A program made the translations under genes and the position numbers. The notes below the pieces were generated by a model. That model was not told where the DNA came from and did no database searches. It was given only the letters and a program-made list of their open reading frames with translations. From an uncultured bacterium (GTDB taxonomy: Bacteria > Hydrogenedentota > Hydrogenedentia > Hydrogenedentales > JAEUWI01), in assembly GCA_963977445.1 (NCBI GenBank), contig CAXBPH010000158.1, forward strand, positions 1-15,713: DNA of 15,713 bases, written 5' to 3'. Positions 1 through 7,768 of this stretch are shown piece after piece; the stretch's first letter is position 1, and the number at the start of each line of letters is the position of its first letter.

Positions 1-304
1 TCAGTATAAAGAACTGGACAAGCGCCAGTACCACGGATCGGCGTACGGCATGATTCCGGCCCACCGCGGTTACCTTCGTCCCACGGGCGAATGGAACTAC
101 CAGGAAGTTACCGTTAAGGGCTCCACGATTAAAGTTGAGCTTAATGGTACGGTCATCCTCGATGGCGACCTGAGCACCGTAACCGAATTGATGGCCGAAA
201 CGCCCCACCCCGGTAAAGAACGTACCAAGGGTTTCTTCGGCTTTGCCGGTCACAACGACCCGGTCATGCTTCGTAATATCGCGATCAAGGAATTGACGAA
301 ATAA
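1..304 (+). CDS. DUF1080 family protein (3-keto-disaccharide hydrolase-like), 3' part; the gene begins upstream of the window
   Basis: The frame is open from base 2 (QYKELDKRQYHGSAYGMIPA...). It carries the DUF1080-type C-terminal motifs GSAYG, GEWNYQEVTVKG..IKVELNG and GFFGFAGHNDPV.LRNIAIKEL. Confidence 0.85.
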   Translation, partial: QYKELDKRQYHGSAYGMIPAHRGYLRPTGEWNYQEVTVKGSTIKVELNGTVILDGDLSTVTELMAETPHPGKERTKGFFGFAGHNDPVMLRNIAIKELTK

Positions 305-338
305 CCTGTCGCGGTACGAATTCTATTCAACATAGTTT

Positions 339-379
339 ACCGGGATGATCACACTAACGTGGTCATCCCGGTTTTTTTT
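339..379 (+). terminator. Rho-independent terminator after the DUF1080 gene
   Basis: 14-bp stem ACCGGGATGATCAC (339-352) / GTGGTCATCCCGGT (359-372) with one G-U pair and a 6-nt loop, followed directly by a T run, about 35 nt after the stop codon. Confidence 0.9.
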
Positions 380-709
380 GGTACTTGCGAATCATGTCGT
401 CACCTCACTTTTGCAGATAAAACGACAAACCATGGACGTGCCGCGCGATCGGGTACTCCAGTTCGTGCGAAGGGGCTATGGGTCGTCGTTGCGGTCTATG
501 TAGTTGTGGGTAGTCTTCAAGAGGTCATTGGGAAAAGAGCATTGTGCTTGGTCTTGATGTAGATACGAAGTCGTAACTCCAAATCCGCGCACGAATCCTC
601 CAACGACGCATCGTCGACCGGAAATACCGGATCGCGCGGAACATCCGCCGCGGACTCGGTAGCAGTTCCTGCCTTTTTCGACCGTGGACCTGTTTTTCGG
701 CAGTGTCAG

Positions 710-738
710 TTGACAATGGTCCGCCCAACTTGTATTTT
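710..738 (+). promoter_or_regulatory. Putative sigma70-type promoter for the DUF4272 gene
   Basis: Perfect TTGACA (710-715), 17-nt spacer and TATTTT (733-738), about 45 nt upstream of the ATG at 783. Confidence 0.6.
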
Positions 739-782
739 CATTGCAGGAATTCTTGAATGTATTGTCGAAGAAAGGGAGACGC

Positions 783-1454
783 ATGACCGAAGCGGATGCC
801 GAAGTGATTCGAAATGAAAGCATGGCCGCTTTGGCTGCCTGCGGGTTGCAACCGGCACCCTGGTTGCCGAAAGCGAATATTCGGGGTCGCCTTGTCTTGC
901 GGCCCGCGGAAGAAGTCGCCCGGCGTCTGATGGGCCTCCATGCGACGGTGGCCTGGTGCTGTGCGTCGGAAGAATTAGTCTCATCCCCCCATCTCACCCA
1001 ATATATCGATAACAATGAGCTCTTTGAGATGCTTACCGACCCCGAGCGGGACGTTGTAAATACAGAGCGCAGTGAAGCCGCTTTCTATCGGGAGAACGTA
1101 AGTCGTCTCACGGAAAGCATGTGGGCGCTGGCCTGGGTGTTGGGCTTTGAAACTGCCCCGGGCATCAATGGCACGCCCATCACCTCCAAAGTAGGTCCCC
1201 CGCTCAATCGGGATTTTTTGGAGTTCTTTGATATTACCGTGCCCCGACTTGTGGGGAAACATGGCCTTCGCCCTGCAAGTGAAGTGACGGCTCTGGAAGA
1301 CCAGTTCTTTATGGCCCACAATGCCTTCCGTGCCCTTGCCATACAGCATGAAGACGCCTACCATCCCCTGGCGGTCGTACAAGAACGAAGGCATGCCCTT
1401 ACCTGGTCCCTGTCGCCGGGCGTACTCTGGGAAGAAACCGATCTGAACGGCTGA
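783..1454 (+). CDS. DUF4272 domain-containing protein (unknown function)
   Basis: Motifs LRPAEEVARR, LTDPER, ESMWALAWVLG, LRPASEV...D, VVQERRHALTW and WEETD match my recollection of DUF4272. The ATG at 783 follows the RBS AAAGGGAG (771-778) and is preferred over the TTG at 741. Confidence 0.75.
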   Translation: MTEADAEVIRNESMAALAACGLQPAPWLPKANIRGRLVLRPAEEVARRLMGLHATVAWCCASEELVSSPHLTQYIDNNELFEMLTDPERDVVNTERSEAAFYRENVSRLTESMWALAWVLGFETAPGINGTPITSKVGPPLNRDFLEFFDITVPRLVGKHGLRPASEVTALEDQFFMAHNAFRALAIQHEDAYHPLAVVQERRHALTWSLSPGVLWEETDLNG

Positions 1455-1460
1455 GGTCCA

Positions 1461-2291
1461 TTATTTTCCGGTGAATTTCGGCGGGCGTTTTTCTATAAAG
1501 GAGCTTACCCCCTCTACGAAGTCCTCCGTCGTAAAACTGGCAAACATTTCCTTGATGGCAATATCCGTGGCGGGTCCAAGGTCGGACAGCATAGATTCGT
1601 AGACCTGGCGCTTGATGATACCCAGGGCGCGGGGTGAACACAGGGTGGCCAGGTGGGTGGCATATTCGCGCGCTTTGGCCATGAGTTCATCGTGGGGGAC
1701 GACACGGCTCACCAGGCCCATTGTCTTGGCCTCGTCCGCTTCTATTATTCGGGCAGAAAACAGCAGGTCCAGGGCGTTTTCTATACCGACCAGACGGGGT
1801 AGCATCCATCCCAAACCATGCTCGGCGATGAGACCGCGCTGGGAGAAGGCCGTTCCGAATTTTGCCTTGTCGCTGGCAAAGCGTATATCGCAGTAAACGG
1901 CATGGACCAATCCGATACCCATGGCGTGGCCATTGATCGCGCCGATGATGGGCTTGTTTACCGATAGCGGAAAGGTGTAGGGCTTCTGGAAATCCTCTTT
2001 TACGTCAGCCCCCGCGCCCGGCGTCGCCAACGTCTCTTCCTGGGCCTTGTCCAAATCGAGGTTGCCCCCCTGGATACTTGCCAGAAGACTCATATCGGCA
2101 CCGGCACAAAATCCGCGCCCGGCACCGGTCACGATAATTACCCGAACATCGTCCCGTACTTCCGCATCGGCCATGGCGTGGCGATACTCGGCCTCCATAC
2201 GCATGGTCCAGGCATTGAGCTTGTCGGGACGGTTTAACGTGATTGTGGCGATGTGGTCCGCTACCTCGAAAATGATTTCCTGATATTCCAT
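1461..2291 (-). CDS. Enoyl-CoA hydratase/isomerase (crotonase superfamily)
   Basis: Motifs ITLNRPDKLNA, IVTGAGRGFCAGADM, KPIIGAINGHAMGIG, CDIRFAS and EGVSSFIEKRPPKFTG. The likely start is MEYQEI at 2291, after AGAAAGG. Confidence 0.93.
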   Translation of the reverse strand: MEYQEIIFEVADHIATITLNRPDKLNAWTMRMEAEYRHAMADAEVRDDVRVIIVTGAGRGFCAGADMSLLASIQGGNLDLDKAQEETLATPGAGADVKEDFQKPYTFPLSVNKPIIGAINGHAMGIGLVHAVYCDIRFASDKAKFGTAFSQRGLIAEHGLGWMLPRLVGIENALDLLFSARIIEADEAKTMGLVSRVVPHDELMAKAREYATHLATLCSPRALGIIKRQVYESMLSDLGPATDIAIKEMFASFTTEDFVEGVSSFIEKRPPKFTGK

Positions 2292-2514
2292 AATGATTGC
2301 CTTTCTGGCCGTTGAAGCGGCTTGAGCATAACACGGCAATTCAATTGGTGCAACGGCCCGTTGCGCCCCCCGCACGTGCATTTCACTTGGTTTCGCTATT
2401 GGACACAATCGCCGTGGTAGTGATAAGCTACGGCTTCCAACTGAATTGTATTGCCTAAATCTATGCGCGGTGTCTTAATTCATCTTCTACTCACCGTGAG
2501 CTTGCCAAAGATCC

Positions 2515-3363
2515 ATGAACACTGATGTGCCCCCAGATGAGTCATCCCCACCCCACCGCGCTGGATCCGACGTGCCTTTTTTTGCCGGGTTACTATTGCT
2601 CAGCGGCGTCTATGTATTCTTGATCCTGGCCATGGTTTTGGCAAATACGGCCTATACCTCTCTGGATATCTTCGCCAGAACCCTCGCCTCACCCGAAATC
2701 CAATACGCGATAAAGCTCAGCCTTATCACCTGCTCCATTACCACCGTCCTTTCTCTCTGGGTGGCCACGGCCCTGGGCTACTGCATGTCCCGCTTCGAGT
2801 TTCGGGGTAAATCGCTTCTCGATTCCGTCCTGGATATTCCCATCGTGCTTCCCCCGCTGGTTATTGGGTTGAGCCTGTTGATTCTATTTCGCTCTCCCCC
2901 GGGAATCTGGTTCGAGGAGCACTTCAAAGCGATCACGGGATACCGAATCACCTATGCCGTTCCGGGCGTGATTTTGGCCCAATTTATGGTGGCCTGTGCC
3001 TTTGCCGTGCGTACCATGCGAGCAACCTTCGACGAAATACCGGCACGGCGGGAGCAAGTTGCCTTGACGCTTGGGTGTACCCGCAGCCAGGCCTTCTGGT
3101 CGGTATCCCTCCCCGAGGCGCGCCGAGGGCTCTTGGTGGCCGCGACCCTCGCCTGGGCCCGATCGCTGGGAGAATTTGGTCCAATCCTGATATTTGCAGG
3201 CGCAACGCGCATGAAGACGGAAGTCATGCCCACTTCCGTTTTTCTACAGATGAGTATCGGCGATATCGAGTCGGCGGTCGCCGTCTCCATGCTGATGATA
3301 CTGGCGGCCATGGCCGTGCTCTTGGTCGTGCGTTTCTGGGGGTCAGAATCCTATGTGCGCTAG
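2515..3363 (+). CDS. modB: Molybdate/tungstate-type ABC transporter permease (ModB/WtpB-like)
   Basis: Hydrophobic protein with DIPIVLPPLVIGLSLL, a variant EAA loop (EQVALTLG) and AWARSLGEFG, typical of ModB/CysT-class permeases. Confidence 0.75.
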   Translation: MNTDVPPDESSPPHRAGSDVPFFAGLLLLSGVYVFLILAMVLANTAYTSLDIFARTLASPEIQYAIKLSLITCSITTVLSLWVATALGYCMSRFEFRGKSLLDSVLDIPIVLPPLVIGLSLLILFRSPPGIWFEEHFKAITGYRITYAVPGVILAQFMVACAFAVRTMRATFDEIPARREQVALTLGCTRSQAFWSVSLPEARRGLLVAATLAWARSLGEFGPILIFAGATRMKTEVMPTSVFLQMSIGDIESAVAVSMLMILAAMAVLLVVRFWGSESYVR

Positions 3364-3381
3364 CGCAACGGGTGCTCACCC

Positions 3382-4050
3382 ATGATTCGACTCCAGGATG
3401 TATCCATTCAAGCAGGAGAATTTCGCCTGAACTCAATTTCCCTCACCATTCCTACCGGTGAATACGGCATACTCATGGGAAAGACGGGCTGCGGAAAGAC
3501 CACCCTTCTGGAAGGTGTCTGTGGCTTGAAGCGGGTCACGACCGGAACGATTACCCTCGGTGATCGCGACGTAACGCGGCTAAAGCCCGGTGAGCGTGGC
3601 ATTGGTTTTGTTCCTCAGGAATCGGCACTGTTTACCACAATGACCGTCTACGAACACTTGGCGTTTGCCTTGTCCGTGCGCGGCTGGAAGAAGCCTGCTA
3701 TCGCGGCCCGGGTAGACGAATTGGCATCCATGCTCGGCATAAGCCACTTGCTGCAGCGCTTTCCCTTTGGTCTCAGCGGCGGAGAATCGCAACGGGTGGC
3801 ACTGGGGCGTGCCCTCTCCTTTCGTCCACGCATTCTCTGTCTGGACGAGCCCCTCAGTGCCCTTGACCACGACACGCGTCTCGAAATTTGCGATTTGTTG
3901 GCGGAAGTGCAGCGCACCATGGGCGTTACGGTGCTCCATATCACCCATGACCCCAACGAGGCCAGTCGACTTGCCCACTGTATTTTTCGCCTCGATTCGA
4001 GTGCTATTCAGGCAATTCCTCTGCAGACTGACGCATCTATATCCTTATAA
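3382..4050 (+). CDS. ABC transporter ATP-binding subunit (ModC/WtpC/CysA-like), short form with no C-terminal TOBE domain
   Basis: Walker A GKTGCGKTT, Q-loop FVPQ, signature LSGGE, Walker B LCLDEP and H-loop ITHD. It starts 18 nt after the permease. Confidence 0.88.
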   Translation: MIRLQDVSIQAGEFRLNSISLTIPTGEYGILMGKTGCGKTTLLEGVCGLKRVTTGTITLGDRDVTRLKPGERGIGFVPQESALFTTMTVYEHLAFALSVRGWKKPAIAARVDELASMLGISHLLQRFPFGLSGGESQRVALGRALSFRPRILCLDEPLSALDHDTRLEICDLLAEVQRTMGVTVLHITHDPNEASRLAHCIFRLDSSAIQAIPLQTDASISL

Positions 4051-4053
4051 TAG

Positions 4054-4081
4054 TTGCACTTACGGGATTGTTTGGTATATT
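4054..4081 (+). promoter_or_regulatory. Putative sigma70-type promoter for the FapA-family gene
   Basis: TTGCAC (4054-4059), 16-nt spacer and extended -10 TG-G-TATATT (4073-4081). An RBS AGGAG lies at 4093-4097. Confidence 0.45.
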
Positions 4082-4103
4082 TTTCTAGCGTCAGGAGTTT
4101 GTG

Positions 4104-5552
4104 ATGAGCAACGATATCGATACGGGGGCTACCAAGCGTGGTGCCACGGGACCCGGATTTGAACTTCGGCCCACCGACGATTTTATGGCGCTGTTACTTA
4201 CGTGCACGATGCCGCCGCGCAATACCGAAACCATCATTACCCGCATTCGTGCCGAATTGGTCGATTTGGGTATAACCGATGAAGCCCGGCTGAAAGAAGC
4301 GATGAGCCGCCTGGATAAGGCGATACCCCATGGCCCCGTCCTGGAGGATGTGGTACTGCTTGAAGGTGTTCCCCCCACCGCGCCGACGGATGAAACCGTT
4401 AAGTGGGGCGGAAATTTTCACGCGAAGGGTTTTGTCATCGACTCGGCAACGGGGCGTGCGGACTATCGTCGGAAGATTGCTGATGTTTCGGTGGAAAAAG
4501 GTCAGTTTCTCGCGGAAATAATTCCCAGTACTCCCGGCGAAAATGGTCAGGATATTTTTGGCCGTCTCGTCGCCGCCCGCCTCCCCCGGCCTGTGGTGAT
4601 ACGGGAAGGAAAAAACACCCGTTTTGATCCGGGACCTCGGAAATTCTATGCAACCGAGAGCGGGCGTATCCGATTTGTAGGTGGCGTTCTTGTGGTGGAC
4701 GATGTGTTCCATATCAAAGGGGACGCAGGACTTCGAACCGGCAATATCGATCATCCGGGTACGCTCATCGTGGGACAGGACATTCAGAACGGTACGGTCG
4801 TCCGTGCCGCTGGCGATATCGATGTGGGCGAGAACGTTGAAGACGCGACCGTCGAGTCCGGCGGAAACATTACGGTCCACGGGGGTATTTCCTGCAAAGA
4901 GCGCGGCGTAATCCGGGCCGCCGGAAATTTACACGCGCGTTTTATACGCAATGCCGATATCGATGTCGGTGGCGACATTTATGTGGAAGGTGAGATTAAC
5001 CAGTGTAGAATTCGAACCCGGGGTTCCGTTATTGTGCGTACCGGGCGCATTGTCGGCGGTTCTATAATTGCGCTGAAGGGTATCGAGACCCATGGGCTGG
5101 GCAGTGATGCGTGTATCCCCGGAGAATATACCGTGGGAAAAGACTACACGATGGAATCAAAAGTCCAGCAGAAAAAAGCGGAACTGGAAAGCGCCCGTGA
5201 CATGGTCATGAAATTGCGCCAGACGGTGGCTCCCTTGCGGGCCAAGCGGGATTCGCTCACGCCGAAAATGGTAGCGCAGTTGACCCAGCTTCAGGAAGAA
5301 CTAAAGAAACGGGAAGCGGTCTTTAAGCAACATGACACCGCACTGAAAGCAATTTTTTCGGCGACCAAGAAAGCTGCCGTACTTCATATTTATGTACATG
5401 GCACGCTTTTTCCCGACAATACCCTTCAGATAGCGGCCCAATTGAAAAGAATAAGTGATACCGTGCAGGGACCACTACGGCTGTCGCTAAGAAAAGGCAA
5501 GTTCAGCGTGTTTAAACTCAAGCAAGGTGAAAGCCTTCAGGACAAACTTTAA
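4104..5552 (+). CDS. FapA family protein (DUF342; N-terminal domain, beta-solenoid and coiled coil)
   Basis: EGVPP, DYR...VEKGQFLAEIIP...GENGQDIFG, KGDAGLRTGNIDHPG.LIV..DIQNG..V.A.GDI.V, G.IVGG.I.A..GI....LG, then a heptad-rich helical segment. The start is ATG 4104 or GTG 4101. Confidence 0.85.
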   Translation: MSNDIDTGATKRGATGPGFELRPTDDFMALLLTCTMPPRNTETIITRIRAELVDLGITDEARLKEAMSRLDKAIPHGPVLEDVVLLEGVPPTAPTDETVKWGGNFHAKGFVIDSATGRADYRRKIADVSVEKGQFLAEIIPSTPGENGQDIFGRLVAARLPRPVVIREGKNTRFDPGPRKFYATESGRIRFVGGVLVVDDVFHIKGDAGLRTGNIDHPGTLIVGQDIQNGTVVRAAGDIDVGENVEDATVESGGNITVHGGISCKERGVIRAAGNLHARFIRNADIDVGGDIYVEGEINQCRIRTRGSVIVRTGRIVGGSIIALKGIETHGLGSDACIPGEYTVGKDYTMESKVQQKKAELESARDMVMKLRQTVAPLRAKRDSLTPKMVAQLTQLQEELKKREAVFKQHDTALKAIFSATKKAAVLHIYVHGTLFPDNTLQIAAQLKRISDTVQGPLRLSLRKGKFSVFKLKQGESLQDKL

Positions 5553-5586
5553 TCCAAGTCTTGACAACCCAATACCAGAAAGCACC

Positions 5587-7011
5587 ATGAAAAAGATCAG
5601 CCTTCATAATCAGATATTCCTTGCGATGATCATTGGACTCGTTTTTGGTATGGGCTTGAACCTGTTTTCCGATCCGGAAAATATTTTTCGTATTCATGCG
5701 ATTTGGTGGATGGATCTGGTCGGGCGCGATATTTTCATCGGTGGCCTGAAGATGATTATTGCGCCGCTGATTCTGGCGTCGATTATCACCGGTATTACCA
5801 CGTTGCCCAAGGCCGAGGCATTGGGACAAATCGGGGGCAAGATGGCCCTGTATTATGTGGGAACAACCTCGGTAGCGGTCGCAATAGGCATCACGCTCAT
5901 CCTGATTATCCAACCCGGAACACGTGACGCCTCCAAGGAAGTGCGGGCGAAACGAGAGGCCGAGCTTCAGGAGTATCGCACTGCCTTCCAGGCGGAAAAG
6001 GGGCTGGATCCCGTCGTCGAAGCCAACCGACCCGCCTATCTCGCCTACCTCGCGGAGGCCGACGGTGCTTCGGTGGCGTCGAGTACCTTCAATACCAATT
6101 TTGATCACATGAAGACCACGGAAGGCGTTGGGCCAGGCACCCTGATAAAGAATCAGCTCATCTCCCCCATGCTGACCAATCCATTTCAGTCACTCGCAAG
6201 TGCCAATACCCTGGGCATCATATTTTTTGCCGTCCTCGTGGGACTGGCCTGTCTGGTGTTGGGAGAAATCACCGCACCGGTGGTAAATCTATTCGTGGCG
6301 ATGAATGAAATCATCATGAAAATAACCCTTTGGATCATGATGCTGTCTCCCATCGCGATCGCGTGCCTGATGGGCTCCACTATGGCTACGCTGGGTTTCG
6401 ACGCCCTCGCAAGTCTTGCCTGGTATTCGGCAACTATTCTACTTGCCCTGACCATACACTCCGTATTCATCGTCAGTCTCGTTTCCTATTTGGCGAAGGT
6501 GACACCCGGCTTCTTCATTCGGGGTATTCGCGACGCCTGGATGGTGGCCTTCTCTACCGCCTCCTCCGCCGCGACGTTGCCGGTTACCCTGCACTGTGTC
6601 ACCACGAAACTGGACGTGTCGGACGAGGTGGCTGATTTCAGCCTGCCCGTCGGTGCCACGGTAAACATGGATGGCTCGGCTCTCCATGAGGCCGTAGCTA
6701 TCATGTTTCTGATTCAGCTCTACGGCGGCGTCGACGATGTGCCCGTGGTCCTGACCATTGCCAATACCCTGATTATTGCGGTGACGGCGGTTATTGCTTC
6801 TGCGGGCGTTGCGGCTATTCCCAGCGCGGGTCTGGTCGCCATGGCGATTATTGCAAATACGGTCGGCCTGCCCCTGCACTACATTTTCCTGGTCCTGGCA
6901 ATGGATCGAATTCTGGATATGTGCCGAACCGCAACGAACGTGATGGGTGATGCGGCCGGTGCTGTCGTGGTTAATTACTGGGAACGTCAACGTCGTGAGC
7001 GTAGCGCCTGA
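5587..7011 (+). CDS. Dicarboxylate/amino acid:cation symporter (SDF/DAACS, GltP/GltT/GltPh-like)
   Basis: LKMIIAPLI, the serine-rich HP1 motif FSTASSAATLP, TM7 GATVNMDGS, HP2 ASAGVAAIP and TM8 DRILDMCRTATNVMGD. The likely start is MKKISL at 5587. Confidence 0.93.
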   Translation: MKKISLHNQIFLAMIIGLVFGMGLNLFSDPENIFRIHAIWWMDLVGRDIFIGGLKMIIAPLILASIITGITTLPKAEALGQIGGKMALYYVGTTSVAVAIGITLILIIQPGTRDASKEVRAKREAELQEYRTAFQAEKGLDPVVEANRPAYLAYLAEADGASVASSTFNTNFDHMKTTEGVGPGTLIKNQLISPMLTNPFQSLASANTLGIIFFAVLVGLACLVLGEITAPVVNLFVAMNEIIMKITLWIMMLSPIAIACLMGSTMATLGFDALASLAWYSATILLALTIHSVFIVSLVSYLAKVTPGFFIRGIRDAWMVAFSTASSAATLPVTLHCVTTKLDVSDEVADFSLPVGATVNMDGSALHEAVAIMFLIQLYGGVDDVPVVLTIANTLIIAVTAVIASAGVAAIPSAGLVAMAIIANTVGLPLHYIFLVLAMDRILDMCRTATNVMGDAAGAVVVNYWERQRRERSA

Positions 7012-7036
7012 TCGATCAGTCCGGGAAGGGCATATT

Positions 7037-7768
7037 ATGGCAACCACCTTTTTTTCAACCGCACAGACCTTATTACAGACCATTGCAGAATCTCAGGCCG
7101 AGGCCATTTCAGAAGCGAGCGCGCGGGTAACGAAAAGCCTGATGGGCGGAGGTATCTGGCATCTCTTCGGAACGGGCCATTCCCATATTATTGCCGAAGA
7201 GGTCTATTACCGTGCCGGAGGCCTGGCACCGATTAACGCCATGCTTTTTCCCAACCTGATGCAGCACGAGGGCCCCGCAAGCAGCACGAAGCTCGAGCGC
7301 CTGCCTGGCCTTGCACGGGTGGTATTTGAGCAACATGATTTGCGCCCCGGCGAAGTGCTCACGATTGTATCCAACAGCGGTAAGAACGCGGTGCCCATTG
7401 AAATGGCGCTTCTCGCACGGGGGCGGGGAATGAAAACCATTGCCCTCACCTCCCTCGCTCAGTCGAAAGAGGCACCCTTGGGCAACGGTCAGGACAGAAA
7501 GCTCTACGAGATTTGCGATATCGTTATTGACAATTGCGGCAGTCCAGGCGATGCGGCGCTCCCCGTGCCCGGCTCGGACCTCTTTACATCCCCCACGTCC
7601 ACCCTCGCCAATGTGGCCATCATTCAGCAGATTGTTTACAACGTGTGTTGCGGGTTCCAGGAAGCCGGACAGGAACCGCCTCTGTTCAAGACCGCCAACC
7701 TGCCCGGTGGTGATGGGTGGAACCAGTCACTCATCGAACGCTATGGGGACCGGGTCAACTTGCGATGA
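7037..7768 (+). CDS. SIS (sugar isomerase) domain protein, UPF0309-like
   Basis: FGTGHSH..AEE..YRAGGL, ERLPG, IVSNSGKN..PIEMA, IALTS, DIVIDN....GDA, PTST and SAN-like TANLPGGD. The ATG at 7037 follows GGAAGGG. Confidence 0.88.
   Translation: MATTFFSTAQTLLQTIAESQAEAISEASARVTKSLMGGGIWHLFGTGHSHIIAEEVYYRAGGLAPINAMLFPNLMQHEGPASSTKLERLPGLARVVFEQHDLRPGEVLTIVSNSGKNAVPIEMALLARGRGMKTIALTSLAQSKEAPLGNGQDRKLYEICDIVIDNCGSPGDAALPVPGSDLFTSPTSTLANVAIIQQIVYNVCCGFQEAGQEPPLFKTANLPGGDGWNQSLIERYGDRVNLR

Noticed and set aside
359..562. 67-aa plus-strand ORF with a hydrophobic stretch
   Set aside because: It starts inside the terminator stem, has no RBS and shows no recognisable homology.
2292..2514. Moco/Wco riboswitch upstream of the modB-like gene
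   Set aside because: I could not find the conserved elements I recall for that motif (GNRA/GAAA-capped stems, GCCUCC and GAAAGG segments). The region is kept only as an unclassified inverted-repeat structure.
4680..5100. Repetitive G-D/N-I-x-V pattern as a possible DNA tandem repeat or array
   Set aside because: The repetition is at the protein level (beta-solenoid of DUF342). There are no identical nucleotide repeats with spacers, so it is not a CRISPR or similar array.
5561..5590. Perfect TTGACA upstream of the symporter gene
   Set aside because: There is no plausible -10 hexamer at 16-18 nt spacing; that position falls on the start codon region.
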